A stretch of DNA of 64,000 nt from Eledone cirrhosa. Its lineage: Eukaryota. The position numbers were made by a program, and so were the translations under genes. The notes below the pieces were generated by a model. It saw only the letters and a list, made by a program, of their open reading frames with translations, was not told the origin of the DNA and searched no databases. Below are positions 14,861 through 28,344 of the stretch, piece after piece. Location: the NCBI GenBank assembly GCA_964016885.1, contig OZ024745.1:69440001-69504000 (forward strand), written 5' to 3'. Position 1 is the first letter of the stretch; each line of letters begins with the position of its first letter.

Positions 14861-15112
14861 ATAGGGAAACAGATGTTTGGGCAGCGGCAGTACCATTTCC
14901 AGTCATTAACAGTTGGTGCCAAAGTTGGGAGATGGTTACTTCTGAAACTACTACTATTATTAATATAACGACCACTATATTTGCTATAGCATTAACCAAA
15001 GTAACCATTACCTCTTGCACACCCATAACAAGAACAATTATTATCTCCCGAACATCTACTGCAGAAACAAGAACCAGACACCACAACCACCATAAAAACA
15101 TCAATTAATACC

Positions 15113-15330
15113 TCTGTCTAAATTCGGCACAAGGCCAGCAATTTGAAGGGAAAGTAAATGTCGATTAAATAGACACCAGTGCATAACTGGTGCTTTATTT
15201 CTTCGACCTCGTAAGCAGAATTTGCAAAGCTAATCTCGGCGGGATTTGAACTCCGAACGCAAAGGGCGGTAACTCTATGTCACAAAGCATATTGTCCGAC
15301 GCTCTATCTATGTTGCCAATCCGCTGCCCT
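15113..15330 (-). mobile_element. tRNA-derived SINE
   Basis: ggcacaaggccagcaa tail and gggatttgaactc B-box in reverse. Confidence 0.75.
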
Positions 15331-15791
15331 ATAAAACATCATCAATCAATAAAGCCACCTCGATCACTAAAAGCATTAACCACTACAACAACCGTAAATT
15401 CCCGACTGGAAGCACCATCAACGGCACCGCCACCATCACATCAGTACCAACAACACAACAGCAATATTAACAACTAGAACAACAGCCCCCACCACTCTGT
15501 TGAATACTACACCCTGGTTCTTCTGTGCCTTTAGCGGTGTCCACTATTTTTCAAGAATTTTGGTCAATTATCCGGTTTAAAAATTGCTTCCACCCTCCCT
15601 CTCTCACACTAGTCTTATGTTGTGAAAATAGCTATGGTCACTGCATTTATTTTCCTCGACTAGTCTGTAAAGATAAATGTCAACTACTGTAACAAACCAA
15701 CTACAACTACAAACAATATTCTCCCTACAACCAAGACCAACGTCAAGTTAACCATCATCACAAATGCCATCCGCTAGACATACAACTACTA

Positions 15792-15836
<45 letters not shown>

Positions 15837-16909
15837 CATCACCATCACCACTATTACTATTACATTAAATTGTCATATTTTCAGAACGAGTTATATAATT
15901 TAAAGTTGCAGTTGTACCTACGTTAGATTTAGCTTTTCATAGTACGGTTTATAATTAAAAAGTACAGTTATGCCTTTTAAATATTTCTCAGGATTTCTTA
16001 TGTAGGCTGTATTGTGCATACATTTTCGTTATTAATATAATGTATAGATAAGAAAGTAAATGCTTCTAATTCCGAAACTGATGGCTATTTTAGCTTCTGA
16101 AAATCAAATTTCGTTCTGCTTCTGGCTCTTTCCCGATTTAAGTTTCAATTATACCATTATAATTATATGTACGAATGGCAAGACATCGTATATTAATAGA
16201 AATATAGCTGCTTTTTATTTTGTATAGATGAAGCGTATGACAGATAACCTACATTTTATGTGTAGATTCTATAATAACTGTGGAGTGGATATGATATGAG
16301 TTATGATATTTATCACGGAGTAGTTTCTGTTTCATATTATTTTCAACAAAAGACCAATTAATGACTAGGTGAATTCACATAACTCAACCAGTAGAGCATC
16401 TGACATTTACATGGGGACAAAACATATAATCTGGTATCTGGAGATAGTGGTAACAATGATTAAGTATGATGAGGAAAACAATTATGTGAAACAAATAAAA
16501 ACAAAACTCGGGAAGAGAAGGAAAAATTGACCGCCGGCGTGTTCGGAGATTGGTTTTCCTTTTGCCCGATCATAGTAGAGCATGCTTATGAAATTAACCA
16601 ACAAGTGACTGAAGGTGTATCTTTAAGATAATTGAGAGGCAGTTTCACCAGAACACACTGTGGGACAAAGTTAACACTTTGAATTACAGATTCAAATCCT
16701 TTTCTATTACTGTACAAGTGGCTGAGCATTTCACATTATACGATAGCATTTCACATTATATTAAGAGATGCAGCGAAATTCTGTGTATAATGAGGCAGGT
16801 CCTTTAAATTACTTGTATAACCCATACCATGGTCTCTTAAAATGTTTTGGCCTATCCAATTTTACTGAAGAATGCCAGTTGAATTATAATCTCTCTCTGA
16901 CACAAACAT

Positions 16910-16975
<66 letters not shown>

Positions 16976-17434
16976 CCCCCCCCACACACACAGTCTTAAA
17001 TATGTAGAAGAAATCGGTTGAATGTACACCTGGAGAGTGACATCGCAGTATGTTGTATCTTTGAGCGAGACATCTTTTCCTTTCACTGCTGCGGGTTTTC
17101 TTATTCTCAGTTGCTTCATCATAATGAACACGGTATATAAATTAGCCGATTAACATCTTGAGTGTAGATAGACTTCTTTAAAGATATTTGGTGGAAAAGT
17201 GTTCAAAGAAAGATAATTCTATAATAGTAATTTAGGTATGGTATATCATTTTCAATGTTCCGGTGGAGCCAATATGAAATGAAAAAAAAAAAAAAAAAGT
17301 TTTGTATGGTTACAGATCCTGCACTTCATCATGAAGACAAAGAAAACTAGCATAAAAACATGACAATGTCATAAATACTTCTAGAGTTGACACACGATAT
17401 AAACCAAATATGTTATCCCCATTTCTATAACGGG

Positions 17435-17608
17435 AGACCTGCCAACCTCAAAAACCCCAAACTGGAATTACCATGAAAGGAAGTGCCCCCAAACGGGGAG
17501 AAATTAGGCAAAATTGGGAGATTTTACATAATGAAAGCGAAGACAACTCTCACCCAGCCCAAAGTGGGTGGGAGATCTCCTCATCGGATGGGGAGATTTG
17601 ACAGGTCA
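17435..17608. mobile_element. hAT-like MITE
   Basis: Imperfect TIRs gacctgccaacctc / gagatttgacaggtc. 8-bp flanking duplication ataacggg (17427-17434) / ctaacggg (17609-17616), 7 of 8 identical. Confidence 0.6.
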
Positions 17609-20600
17609 CTAACGGGAGAGAAAAATTCTCTAGTACAGAAAGGTCAACACTGCAGTGAAGTTGAATTGGACTTTGAATATGTAGAAGCAATTAGTTGTAC
17701 TGAGCGGGCGCTAATGTGGGTGGGTTTGTGAAACGTTGAATATTATAATAATCAAAAGAAAGGTTGGCTATTGAGTTTATACTTTTCTGTGTATTCCACC
17801 CCAAGTTCGAGGTAATAGATGTGCAACGGAACCAACCTAATAATCTCCATTACACTCCAATTTCTTTTACTCTTGATAATAAAGTGTCTCAACTCCGATA
17901 TATCATTAAATATATGTAAACTGCTGATTTGTTTTGTTTTACTTCATTCACGTCTTTATTTCTTTATGTCTAGCTTGCTTTGTACTGGCTTTCCAAAACC
18001 AATTATAACAATATAATGTATTTTAAGGATAATAAAGATATTAATTTGCAATCGACAACAGTTTAATAAGGAACATTGCTTTGTTGTCAGTATTGTTTTA
18101 TTATATTATTCAAACATTCTGCCAACGAAAAGGTCGGGTTGCTGTCTTTGTTTTTGTATTTACACGAGATATTGTCTCACTAGCATAACATATTCTGAAA
18201 TTAGGCTTTTCATTATAAACATACTGAGAGAATGAATCTCACAGAATAAAATAGACAATTCAATAATTTGCTGGACAAAAAGGGGGTACCATTTCGCTGA
18301 AAGCAAAGATAGGTATCTTATGTGCAAAAAAGAAAAAAAAAAACAATGAGTGGAAAATTATAATATTTATCAGTAAAACCTACTGATAAATATTGTTTAC
18401 ACCAATCTCTGGAAATTAGATTTTCCAAATATTCAAGATATGTAAATTAAAATAACGTTATCTAGGATAACATATACAGATAAGCAAATTGGGAGTTATT
18501 ACGTTAATGATATTAAAAGTCTAGAAAGGGAACGAGACTATAAATAAACAAGAGTGTTGTCTTCGTAGTAGCTAGTCCATAAAAACACTTGAGTTATGTT
18601 TTACAGACGGTAATTGAACTGGAAGTCTTGATAATATCTCATGAGTAATATTGTGAAAATTAGCACCAATTAATATGAAGACGTAAGTAGTAAAATTGAT
18701 ATACACGATTAAATTATGTTGGACCTACGTCACTTTCGACGATGAATATTTCAGTTATTCGGTCAACTGAAGAGCCTGTCCGTAAAATTAACTATGGTGT
18801 AGCTAAGTATTTCACAGACACGCATGCCTGTGATATAGATCGCATAGTGATTCAGCGTGACATATTGTGACACCTTGACCCGTTAAATTATAGATATAAC
18901 TAATATTTCTTGTTGAGTGGACTAGAACTGCTTGAAATATAGTAATTTGTTCAAAGATACAACGCACTGATTATAGTTGAACTGATGACCTTGTGATCGC
19001 GCGCCGAACACATAAACTAGAAAGTAATATAATAGTTCCTTACGCTATGTTAAAATCATGGCTTTACATTTTGTCTAAGATTAATTTTTTTCTTTTGATT
19101 AGTTGTGGTTTGTAAATAACCATTATTTAATTTTAAATTTCATATAATCTCGTAGTCAGTTGACCCACCTTAGAAATTCTATACTATTATTTTCAAACGT
19201 AGACAAACATGTTTCATGTCAGAAATTTATGATAAGAAGTAACCCTAAGAATAAGAAAAAATACAAGGTATGTCACTCAGAGCGCAAAAGGCCGAAGATG
19301 CATAGCATTGTTTAACCGAATTCTGTGTGTGTCGATATTGATTGAGACCTCTGGTGTCTAACATTTCGGACTCCCACGTTCTGTACCAAATCGGAAATTT
19401 GGCATCCCTGTGAAAACAGAATCAAATCGTTTGCAACTACTAATATAGTGAGGAAAAAAGCAAATAGATTTGCTCACGCACTTGAACTCATTTTTAGCAC
19501 AATCCAATCATCTACTTTACAGTTTACCCCGAAGAACAGACACCACTTCAAATCAACTTAATTAAAGTTTTGCTTTGATAAAATTATATTTCTTTCCCCG
19601 CACATATTATATTAGGTTTACGGATAATTTCAAAGTGTGAAAAAAAAAGGAAATATGTATTAAAGAGGAATATCTCAAGCGAGTATCTGAAATGAATTTA
19701 ACCAAGCTGCAACGACGTATGTAAAATGTATCAACTAGTTGCAATTTTTCTCGGAGTAGGAGAAAGAAAAAATAGCGAAAATTTGTAAAACAAAGGGGAA
19801 GGTATTTTTAAGAATTTGACATAATTTGAGAAAAATCCTTCTTTACAGGTCGGAAAAATCCGATCTCTGTTAACATAAGGGGATGACAAGTTTGTAATAA
19901 ACGGGAACAATATGACCCGGAAAGCTATAAAGACGACGAGATAGGATCGTTGTGAATTTTTACTTGGAAATGTTTTATCTAGTTTGAATCGAATTTTCTA
20001 AACGTAGGAGTAATATATAGATTTCTGAAATTCTGAAATTTGATGGGTACATATGCGTCTTTGTACAGTCTCCCACAAGATATGTGGGAGGTAGACAGTC
20101 GAAAACACGATTCGTTTTAGTAATGACTTATTACTAATAAGGGGTGGAGTTCATCAGGCATAAGAGGATAACTCGCAGACACAAAGTTGATACTGTCGTT
20201 TTTTTTGTACCTGTTGCCACTGCTGGAGTCCTTGCTGTTATTATTGTTACTAATGTTGGTAGCGCTGTTTTTGTTGTTGTTGTTGTAGTGGTGGTGGGCC
20301 TTTTTCATTTACGCTCCATTTATTACATGTAACAGCAAGCATTCAACCAAACTGTAATGAGAATATCTAGAATACCTTTATACATATTCTGAAACTATAT
20401 TTTAAACTAGATTACACATGCTTACCTTGTACCACGGTGCAGAGTAGGTAACATAATCTGGTGTAGACAGCTTTGCCGACATTCGGAAATATCATCAACA
20501 CAGAATTTCTTGATTAAAGTAGTATCGATAGGAACGTAGTTTACCATTGGATAGCTTAGCGCACACCGTTGGGAAAATACGTTTTTAAATTATCATTTAA

Positions 20601-20729
20601 GGCGTATAAACAGGTTTCTCGCGTTACATTGAACGATGAATTACAAATCACAGACAGGTGTATAACGACAGATTGCCACGCACACAAATGCGCTTATATA
20701 CACACACGCATATACAACGCCCACCCACA

Positions 20730-20769
<40 letters not shown>

Positions 20770-20976
20770 AAACGTAAATGGAAAAAACAAAGCAAAAAAA
20801 AACAGATCACAATAAAGAAATATATGAGTTTAACGCTAGATACACTAGGAAAACTTTCCTTTAGGTTTCGGAGATTCGTACTTAAACAGAGATAGAATAA
20901 GATGAATCCAAAACATAGCGACTGTGACGAGGGACGACAGTAAGAAAAAACGGGTATGTATTCAGTCGATCATTTT

Positions 20977-21011
<35 letters not shown>

Positions 21012-21017
<6 letters not shown>

Positions 21018-21760
21018 AGATTTGAATGGATACAGTTTAGTTGAAAGGAATTTATTGACACGTGTTTCTATAACAGTTACATAACCTAAAACAGCTATCT
21101 ACAAACTTTTAGTTATGCAGACATTCAATATTTCAATGTTATTGTTTACTGTCATTTCATCAGAATAATATTACTGAGGACCTATTTAGTTTTTATAGAG
21201 AATATTAGGAGGAAGGGGTGAAGTTGTTAGAAGAATAGTTGAAGGAGTGGTTTTTCGATAGCAGTGAGAATTCTTGGTGGCAGTGATTAATTAGATTCCC
21301 ATCTGTTGTTTTGACATTTTTTATAGAATATATTATTGGTTATTTTTCTAAATCTATAGAAGGATTAGAGATAGTAAAGATATGCGTGGTTGGTTTTGTG
21401 TTTGCACTTAACATTCAGACTTAAATTTTTCTTTCAAGTGTACGTATTCTTTCACCCACGCATTCACACACAAATATATTTGCACACCTCTACAAAATAC
21501 ATATACTCACAATTCACATATTCATACTTACATATATATACACATGCATACACATATATATACACACATGTATTCATGTACATACATACGCGCTCATGTG
21601 TATACATTTTCATACTCAACTTATCTTTATATATACACACGTATAGACACACACATATATACATACATACTCTAGTCCATGTGTACACACATACACATAC
21701 ATACACATCCATATACACATACATACATACACATATATATATATACATATATACATATAC

Positions 21761-21791
<31 letters not shown>

Positions 21792-21814
21792 CACATACAC
21801 ATATACACACATAT

Positions 21815-21847
<33 letters not shown>

Positions 21848-22407
21848 AGCACTTTAATACATGAATACACTTACATCTAACTATACACATCAAACATATA
21901 TATATATTTACTTATTTATATACATTTTCACATATATATACATACTTATGGACGTTTTTAGACACATTCATTATCGCATATTTGTACCTATTCTCATCAG
22001 CATATCTTTTCATTATTAGTATGGTAATTTAAGGTTATTAATATATGTTGAGAAGAGATTGTTTTTATATTTTTTTCTAACTAGATTAAGGTTTATATAG
22101 TTGGGGGATGTCCCTCTTTTATGTAATATTCTGCTTGTAGTGGGAAAAAAGGGTTTTAGTTCTGTGACGGCAGAATAATGTTCGTTCAATTCTGTTATTC
22201 AGCAGTTTCTTCTTGTGTGTGATTATGTAATAAATCTCAAGATTACACAATTTGCAGAAATTTTGGCTCCTGGAAAAGCTCTGGGTTTTAGCTAATTTTT
22301 CCCATTTTAGGGTAAACTTTTGATTGCTATCCCTGAGCGTCCAAGCTTTTTCTGCTAAAGTTGTTACATTTCTTTGGCTCTGGTGTTTTATTGAGTATTA
22401 AAGTGCT

Positions 22408-22440
<33 letters not shown>

Positions 22441-22463
22441 ATATGTGTGTATATGTGTATGTG

Positions 22464-22494
<31 letters not shown>

Positions 22495-23350
22495 GTATAT
22501 GTATATATGTATATATATATATGTGTATGTATGTATGTGTATATGGATGTGTATGTATGTGTATGTGTGTACACATGGACTAGAGTATGTATGTATATAT
22601 GTGTGTGTCTATACGTGTGTATATATAAAGATAAGTTGAGTATGAAAATGTATACACATGAGCGCGTATGTATGTACATGAATACATGTGTGTATATATA
22701 TGTGTATGCATGTGTATATATATGTAAGTATGAATATGTGAATTGTGAGTATATGTATTTTGTAGAGGTGTGCAAATATATTTGTGTGTGAATGCGTGGG
22801 TGAAAGAATACGTACACTTGAAAGAAAAATTTAAGTCTGAATGTTAAGTGCAAACACAAAACCAACCACGCATATCTTTACTATCTCTAATCCTTCTATA
22901 GATTTAGAAAAATAACCAATAATATATTCTATAAAAAATGTCAAAACAACAGATGGGAATCTAATTAATCACTGCCACCAAGAATTCTCACTGCTATCGA
23001 AAAACCACTCCTTCAACTATTCTTCTAACAACTTCACCCCTTCCTCCTAATATTCTCTATAAAAACTAAATAGGTCCTCAGTAATATTATTCTGATGAAA
23101 TGACAGTAAACAATAACATTGAAATATTGAATGTCTGCATAACTAAAAGTTTGTAGATAGCTGTTTTAGGTTATGTAACTGTTATAGAAACACGTGTCAA
23201 TAAATTCCTTTCAACTAAACTGTATCCATTCAAATCTTTCTATTTTTCTCCGGATTACTTTTGGAACTACAACTGGAACCGTCGAGCAAACTCTACGTGA
23301 GCTGATAATCTACTGTGTGTAATATTTATATTACAACACAACGGAAAAAA

Positions 23351-23352
<2 letters not shown>
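21012..23352 (-). mobile_element. Penelope-like element 3' remnant with an inverted duplicated pseudo-LTR, inserted in (TA)n
   Basis: Minus strand 22394-22150 encodes the GIY-YIG C-terminus YSIKHQSQRNVTTLAEKAWTLRDSNQKFTLKWE...CKLCNLEIYYI...LLNNRIERTLFCRHR, homologous to the 28345-28700 region. 849-bp inverted arms at 21012-21860 and 22395-23243. Confidence 0.85.
23092..23135 (+). ncRNA. Degenerate type I hammerhead motif (mirror copy 21120-21163, minus)
   Basis: CTGATGA aatg..catt GAAA tattgaatg TC. Helix I is poorly paired. Confidence 0.45.
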
Positions 23353-23391
<39 letters not shown>

Positions 23392-23422
23392 CAAAGAAGC
23401 CTTCAATACATCAAAAGTCTTT

Positions 23423-23470
23423 ATTAGCCTACATTGTTTCGTCCCATTAATAAGGACTCATCAGGGCAAT
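23423..23470 (-). ncRNA. Minimal type I hammerhead ribozyme
   Basis: Minus strand: ttgcc CTGATGA gtcc-ttattaatg-ggac GAAA caatg TA ggc, then aataaa. Complete core with a GUA cleavage triplet. Confidence 0.85.
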
Positions 23471-23799
23471 TAAACAGATAAGAAGCATTAACGGCCAGAA
23501 CATCCAAAACTCAGAAGAATAGGGAATTCATATCCATGAAAGCTTATGAGCGATATGAAGGAAAAGCATGCTAAAGCTAAAAGTTTGCAGTTACAAAAAT
23601 AGATTATATGGCAAGGAAGTGAGTGAAATGTCAAACCAACGTTGAAATTACAGTATGATACAAAATACATTAAATACATGGTAACTCAGGTTACTCTGGT
23701 AAAATACATTATAAGGAGGCAACCTTGAAATATCTCCGATTACCAATAATAACGTAATATCCCATAATATGGCATTGAATGGGAGTAGAAAACATAGGA

Positions 23800-24780
23800 A
23801 TCATAGAAATATTATAGATATATCCAAACCGAACCCTAAGTTTAGCTACCGAAATAGTAGTCGGATTAGTGAGTCTAATGGTACGCATATCGAGATCAGT
23901 TCTAGGGAGTAGGATAGGCGCTCTGAACGTTCACCCAGTGGTAATGTTTTAACTGATTCTAATAGTGTTAATTCAACTGATCCTCATACTAACCCTGATC
24001 CTATTAATAGGATACCAGATTACGGTAGAGATAGTAAAGGTGGGAATAGGAGGAGATTCAATACTTACTTTAACCCGCCTTTTGATTATGAAGTATTAAC
24101 TAATATCCCTAGGTCTTTCTTTTCTATCTTAGAGAAAAATTTCCCTCCTACTAATAAATATCATGGTATATTTAATAAAAACGTAATTAAACTCTCCTTC
24201 TCTACCACCCCTAACATTAATTCTCATCTAGCTAGCACTAACAATAGGAAAATTAGGGATAGCTACTCCTCTTTGCGTACTGCTAATCTAGATAGCTCTA
24301 TTGATAATTTACCGCCCGAGCAGATCTTATCTTATAATAACCCTAGGAATAATGCATCGCGTAATCAGCTAGTCACTAGTACCCGGAAGTGTAACTGTAG
24401 AGTAAGTAATAACTGCCCTTTAATTGGTCACTGCCTCTCTAGGAACATTGTTTATGCTTGTGAAGTTAAGACTAATTCTTCTTGTAGCACATATATAGGC
24501 TCCACATCTAATACTTTTAAAACTAGGTTTAATTCACATATTTCTAATTTTAAACATATCAAGTTTAAGAACTATACTTCTTTGGCACACCATATCTGGG
24601 ATTTAAAAGCCTAAATTGGCGAATAGTAGCACACTCTAATCACCTATCAACACACACTAAATTCTGTAATCTTTGTATCCTAGAGACCCATTCTATAATT
24701 TTCTCTAGGAGCATATTGCTTAATAGAAAATCTGAGATATTTCTTCCTGTCTGCATGCCATTTCTAATTCTTTCTTCTAT
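23800..24780 (+). pseudogene. Penelope-like (Naiad-type) ORF 3' part: linker Zn finger and GIY-YIG endonuclease
   Basis: YFNPPF...NFPPTNKYHGIFNKNVIKLSFST, CNCRVSNNCPLIGHC, NIVYACEV...YIGST...FKTRFNSH...TSLAHHIWDLK, CNLCILE. Stop at 24612-24614 and frameshifts downstream. Confidence 0.85.
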
Positions 24781-25914
24781 TATAGACCTAACATTTCCGG
24801 TAGTTTAAACCCTATCCATTAGCTGCTATATTTCCCTATCTCTTTGTTTTTAGTTCATTTTTATTACCATTATTATTAAGTTTCTACGGTTGTTTCGATT
24901 TTCGAAGTTTAGTTTTCATAGTCGTATTAGCTACCTTACCGTATCTATCATCTTAAACATTATTACATTTTTACTCAATATTATCGCCTAGTAAATTTGT
25001 ATCTTATTGAATAGTTTAATTTTGAGTCTCCTACATCTAAAACTAACGAACCTCCTCCTTTACACAATTCATATTCGCCCCTTTTTATTATATTATATAT
25101 TAATTCTACTTTTATACTCCTTTTTATTATATTATATTATATATTAACTTTTACTTTTATGATCCTTCCTATCCTCCATAGTTTCACTTCTTTCTGTTCC
25201 CATTGGTCTACCATAGTTTTATTTAGAGTTTTTTTCTTTGATAACGTAATTCATCTGATCGGATCGTAATATATATTATATTATAGTTTTTATTAAAATA
25301 TCCTAATTTTATACGACTTTGATGACTTAAACTTTATTCCATTTAGACTTACTAATTTTAGGCAATTTTAATATTAATTAATATAATAAGGTTTTCTATT
25401 CAACTCTTTAGTTTAGAATAATAATACCTTCTATATTTACATAATGAATCGTTATACCTACGTACTGTGCTTGTTTTTGTTTTTTGTTTTTGTTCTTCGT
25501 TTTTTTGGGGGGGGTTTTCTACTACCACTTGATGTCTGACTTCCTATCATCATCATCATTACTTCTTCACTAGCACTTGCTGCTTTGTCTTCCTATAACA
25601 TGCTTTACATAATAACTTGCCTCTCTATATTAATATATTATTCGCGTAAATATCTCTTAAACATTTTCAATTGACTCTGCCAGTCTGCTTTTATATTTTT
25701 ATATTATTATATTATTTATCATTATAATATTAATATTTATATATCATATTATTTCTATGTAATGGAATTATACGTATTATTTTATGTCTGATTTTTAAGG
25801 TACTGTTTTGTTATATTTTATAATATTTTGTAATATTTTATGAATGTTAACTGCATATACCCCTATATACTTATTATCAATACTTTATGTACTTATGTAT
25901 TTATGTATATATAT

Positions 25915-27056
25915 ATAAATTGAAACAAAATGAAAACGAAATTTCATTTCTCACTCTTAGTATGGCACTTACTTAAATGTAAGTATGCATGTATACGTAC
26001 ATACATATATGTATACAGACGTACAGTAGCATGCACATATGCATACAGGTACACATACATATATGCACGTATCAGTTTAGCGGCGCTAACGTCGCTTTGT
26101 TCGTTTGTAAACAAACCGAACAGCCTGAATTTATGCCATACGGTGTTAAGGCAACCACGTCACCTTTTTGTTCAACACTGACACAGGAACGATGTACTAG
26201 TTTCAAGCTTGTTAGCTATCATCAGCACCGTTTACCCATCTGCCAGATAGTTGAACGTTCGAAAGTATATACTTTCCTTATGAAAATTAACGGCTGAGCA
26301 GCCTAATTTGCATATTGAGTGAGTTAAATCGGTCAGGCATACCGAAAACGATAAATTGAAACAAAATGAAAACGAAATTTCATTTCTCACTCTTAGTATG
26401 GCACTTACTTAAATGTAAGTATGCATGTATACGTACATACATATATGTATACAGACGTACAGTAGCATGCACATATATATATATATATACATATATATAT
26501 ACATATGCATACAGGTACACATACATATATGCACGTATCAGTTTAGCGGCGCTAACGTCGCTTTGTTCGTTTGTAAACAAACCGAACAGCCTGAATTTAT
26601 GCCATACGGTGTTAAGGCAACCACGTCACCTTTTTGTTCAACACTGACACAGGAACGATGTACTAGTTTCAAGCTTGTTAGCTATCATCAGCACCGTTTA
26701 CCCATCTGCCAGATAGTTGAACGTTCGAAAGTATATACTTTCCTTATGAAAATTAACGGCTGAGCAGCCTAATTTGCATATTGAGTGAGTTAAATCGGTC
26801 AGGCATACCGAAAACGATAAATTGAAACAAAATGAAAACGAAATTTCATTTCTCACTCTTAGTATGGCACTTACTTAAATGTAAGTATGCATGTATACGT
26901 ACATACATATATGTATACAGACGTACAGTAGCATGCACATATATATATATATATACATATATACATACATATGCATACAGGTACACATACATATATGCAC
27001 GTATCAGTTTAGCGGCGCTAACGTCGCTTTGTTCGTTTGTAAACAAACTGAACAGC

Positions 27057-27060
<4 letters not shown>
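25915..27060. repeat. Tandem triplication of a ~436-466 bp unit (2.5 copies)
   Basis: Units start at 25915, 26351 and 26817 and are near-identical apart from a 30-bp TA-rich expansion. Flanked by TA repeats. Confidence 0.95.
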
Positions 27061-27092
<32 letters not shown>

Positions 27093-27367
27093 TCAACATA
27101 CTCCAGTTTTATTAAGATATTTTTTCTTGCCCTGTGTAAAACTTTATATACAACTTGTTGACATTAAGTGATATGTATGATGTAGATTTGTATATTTTTG
27201 ATGTCTGTATATTATTATATTATTTCTTGTATAGCTTATTTTTTGTATAATTTATTTTTTGTATAGTTTATGCGCACCGTCAGGGTGTTTTATTTTTATT
27301 TATTTATTTTTTTTATATTATAAAGAGTATATTTATACTTATTAAGTGTTAGTATGTGTTTGTGTAA

Positions 27368-27404
<37 letters not shown>

Positions 27405-27759
27405 CATATATAGTGGAAGAGTGAAGAATAACATGGTCGGCTGTGCAAAAGGGGTTTTATGGACAGTATTAACTATAGGTTCATTGATCGAGTGAGTCTA
27501 AAGGCCGCTAATCACTCGAAGTTGCGTCACTCAACCTAAAATACAGTGTGTGTCTCTGATCAAATCATCGGAATCCTATAATACTATATATATATAAAAT
27601 TTCAGGTTATCAATAATGTAGTGATAATATATCGTTACGTTAGAGATGAACAGCGTACGTGCAGGTTTGCTCAACGAGTATAAATTATATTCCGGAGAAA
27701 ATGTAGAAAGGATGAATATAAAATCAAAGTGCTTTTGTTAAAAAAGGAATTTATTAGGT

Positions 27760-27875
27760 ATTGACATATGTTTCTGTAACAGACCGAATACCTATGTATC
27801 GCTGCTTGCGTAATCATATAATGTTAGCAAGTATTCGATAGCAAATGTATAATCAGTTGTCACTTCTTCAGAGAT
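27760..27875 (-). ncRNA. Hammerhead-like motif with long helix II in the Penelope 3' region
   Basis: Minus: CTGAAGA agtgaca...tgttaca GAAA catatg TC. Palindromic helix III, helix I weak. Confidence 0.55.
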
Positions 27876-28344
27876 TTTGGATAAATTGGATAAAATCAGA
27901 AAAATTGAAGTATTTATATTAGTAAAAGAGGAAGGAACAGAGGGGATAGTATATGACAGATGGTAAAATAATTTACTGCTAAACAAGTATACAATGGGTT
28001 TCTAATGAGAATACCATGAGTAAATCTAAATAAGAATTTTGGGAGTGCCAATTTTAATCTCTACTTGACCAACTGGACAGTGGACAGGGCTGGTCATTTG
28101 GTGCAGTAGTATTAATTATAAAGTGTCAATTGGGGAAGGGGGAGATTTCGATTGCTACTTAATAACATCAATGCTAGTAGCCAGCTGGTATATGCATTAG
28201 GGAATTGAATCAAGAAATCAGAAATCTCATTTTATCTATAGCAGTTTGTATTAAAAGGTAAATAATAGAAGAGTTGATAGAATTAAGACTAATAAAGAAT
28301 GTTCATATCTATTTTGACAATCAAACGGGGATAGAGACAGGCGT

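Noticed and set aside
25915-27060. CRISPR-like or gene-cluster interpretation of the repeated ORFs
   Set aside because: Plain tandem duplication of non-coding sequence; no repeat-spacer structure.
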